In this document: piece after piece, positions 63,182 through 64,000 of the stretch
Position numbering within the stretch: the first letter of the stretch is position 1
Layout of the letters: every line of letters starts with the position of its first letter
NCBI GenBank assembly: GCA_043742785.1
Contig: JAYTXU010000063.1
Coordinates: 7,997 to 71,996, forward strand
Direction: 5' to 3'
Length of the DNA stretch: 64,000 nucleotides
Origin: Candidatus Omnitrophota bacterium
GTDB lineage: Bacteria; Omnitrophota; Gorgyraeia; Zapsychrales; Fredricksoniimonadaceae
Notes under the pieces: generated by a model
Database searches by the model: none
What the model saw: only the letters and a program-made list of their open reading frames with translations
Told to the model about the DNA's origin: nothing
Translations under genes and position numbers: made by a program

Positions 63182-64000
63182 TCTTCGAAAAATCAGTTAA
63201 AGGTCGCCGGGGTTTTCGTTTTGGAAATTCTGATGTACCAATTAAATCTCAAGTATCTCTTAAGTATGCACGTAAAGAGGAGGCTCTTTTGCCAGAGGTA
63301 TCTGAGTTAGATACAGTGCGTCATTACACCCATTTATCGCAGCAGAATTTCTCCATCGACACTCATTTTTATCCTCTAGGCTCTTGCACGATGAAGTATA
63401 ATCCGAAATTTACGGAAAGCATTGCTCGTTTAGCTGGTTTTGCAGATTTACATCCTCTTTTACCTCAATTAGAAGGAGGGGAAAGTTTAACTCAAGGATC
63501 TTTAGAAGTTCTTTATGAAATTGAACAGTGGATGTGTGAGATGACTGGGTTTAGCGCATTTACATTACAACCCTTAGCAGGCGCGCATGGTGAGTTAACA
63601 GGAATTATGCTTATGGCGGCCTATCATAAATCTAAAGGGAATACCAAAAAGAAATACGTGATTATTCCTGATTCTGCGCATGGAACCAATCCAGCGAGCG
63701 CTGCTGTAGCTGGCTATGAAACAATTTCAATTCCCTCCAATAAAGATGGTGGGATGGATTTAGATGCGCTTAAAGCGGCTATTAATGATGAAGTGGCCGG
63801 TCTTATGATGACTGTTCCTTCAACTTATGGAGTTTTTGAAGCTAATATTGAAGAAATTTCTAAACTGATTCATTCTGTTGATGGAATTATGTATTATGAC
63901 GGGGCTAATCTTAATGCAGTTTTAGGTCGTTGCCGTCCAGGTGACGTGGGTTTTGATGTGATGCATATCAATACACATAAAACTTTTACAACTCCTCATG
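63172..64000 (+). CDS. gcvPB: Glycine dehydrogenase (decarboxylating) subunit 2, 3' end outside window
   Basis: Starts MELIFEKSVKGRRGF; overlaps gcvPA stop by 10 nt; runs to window edge. Confidence 0.8.
   Translation, partial: MELIFEKSVKGRRGFRFGNSDVPIKSQVSLKYARKEEALLPEVSELDTVRHYTHLSQQNFSIDTHFYPLGSCTMKYNPKFTESIARLAGFADLHPLLPQLEGGESLTQGSLEVLYEIEQWMCEMTGFSAFTLQPLAGAHGELTGIMLMAAYHKSKGNTKKKYVIIPDSAHGTNPASAAVAGYETISIPSNKDGGMDLDALKAAINDEVAGLMMTVPSTYGVFEANIEEISKLIHSVDGIMYYDGANLNAVLGRCRPGDVGFDVMHINTHKTFTTPH

Noticed and set aside
1-64000. CRISPR arrays, IS/transposase genes, rRNA genes
   Set aside because: Scanned for regularly spaced short repeats, DDE/transposase-like ORFs and rRNA-like conserved stretches; none seen. 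The only repeats are the ~90-bp leader duplication and the gene remnants at 19029-19261.

Overview
This 64-kb window reads as a compact, AT-rich bacterial chromosome segment (roughly 35-40% GC by eye) with short or overlapping intergenic spacers. My guess that it comes from an uncultivated lineage is inference only. In order, the content is:
(1) The 3' end of ftsK, a RodZ-like gene, a RimO/MiaB-family methylthiotransferase, pgsA, pgpA and a BI-1/YccA-like protein.
(2) A minus-strand trio: a small ORF, an ICMT/PEMT-like methyltransferase and a CinA-C/PncC-like protein.
(3) A riboflavin operon, ribBA-ribH-nusB-PHP-ribD-ribE, behind a near-consensus TTGACA-N17-TATACT promoter.
(4) A CsgG-like / PEGA-like / DUF4810-like / DUF799-like lipoprotein operon.
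(5) An ~18-kb block made only of hypothetical genes (13.3-31.9 kb). It holds a secreted protein, a winged-helix plus coiled-coil protein, membrane proteins, two tiny proteins, a GT-C-like membrane protein and a trypsin-like protease. It also holds an 11,964-nt gene for a 3,987-aa protein and a small 2-TM protein, and ends at a terminator and tRNA-Pro(CGG).
(6) acyP, ligA, a lipoprotein, xerC/D, a short PolyA_pol-type nucleotidyltransferase, rbfA, nrnA, truB and ribF.
(7) A dcw cluster running mraZ-rsmH-ftsL-ftsI-murE-murF-mraY-murD-ftsW-murG-[HEXXH protein]-murC-ddl-ftsQ-ftsA, with a candidate MraZ operator. There is no murB and no ftsZ after ftsA.
(8) tRNA-Arg(UCG), a divergent pair of GT-C glycosyltransferases (GT39/PMT-like and TMTC-like DUF1736+TPR), and gcvT-gcvH-gcvPA-gcvPB (the last partial).
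The standout is the giant protein. By direct motif comparison, its last ~1,300 aa are a complete FKS1/callose-synthase-like (GT48) beta-1,3-glucan synthase module. That module is fused behind a ~2,570-aa signal-peptide-led region carrying a clan GH-A retaining glycosidase TIM-barrel domain. Just upstream sit a diverged ribE 3' fragment and a nonsense-mutated, internally deleted copy of a small gene whose intact copy lies 3 kb away. These point to acquisition or rearrangement by recombination.
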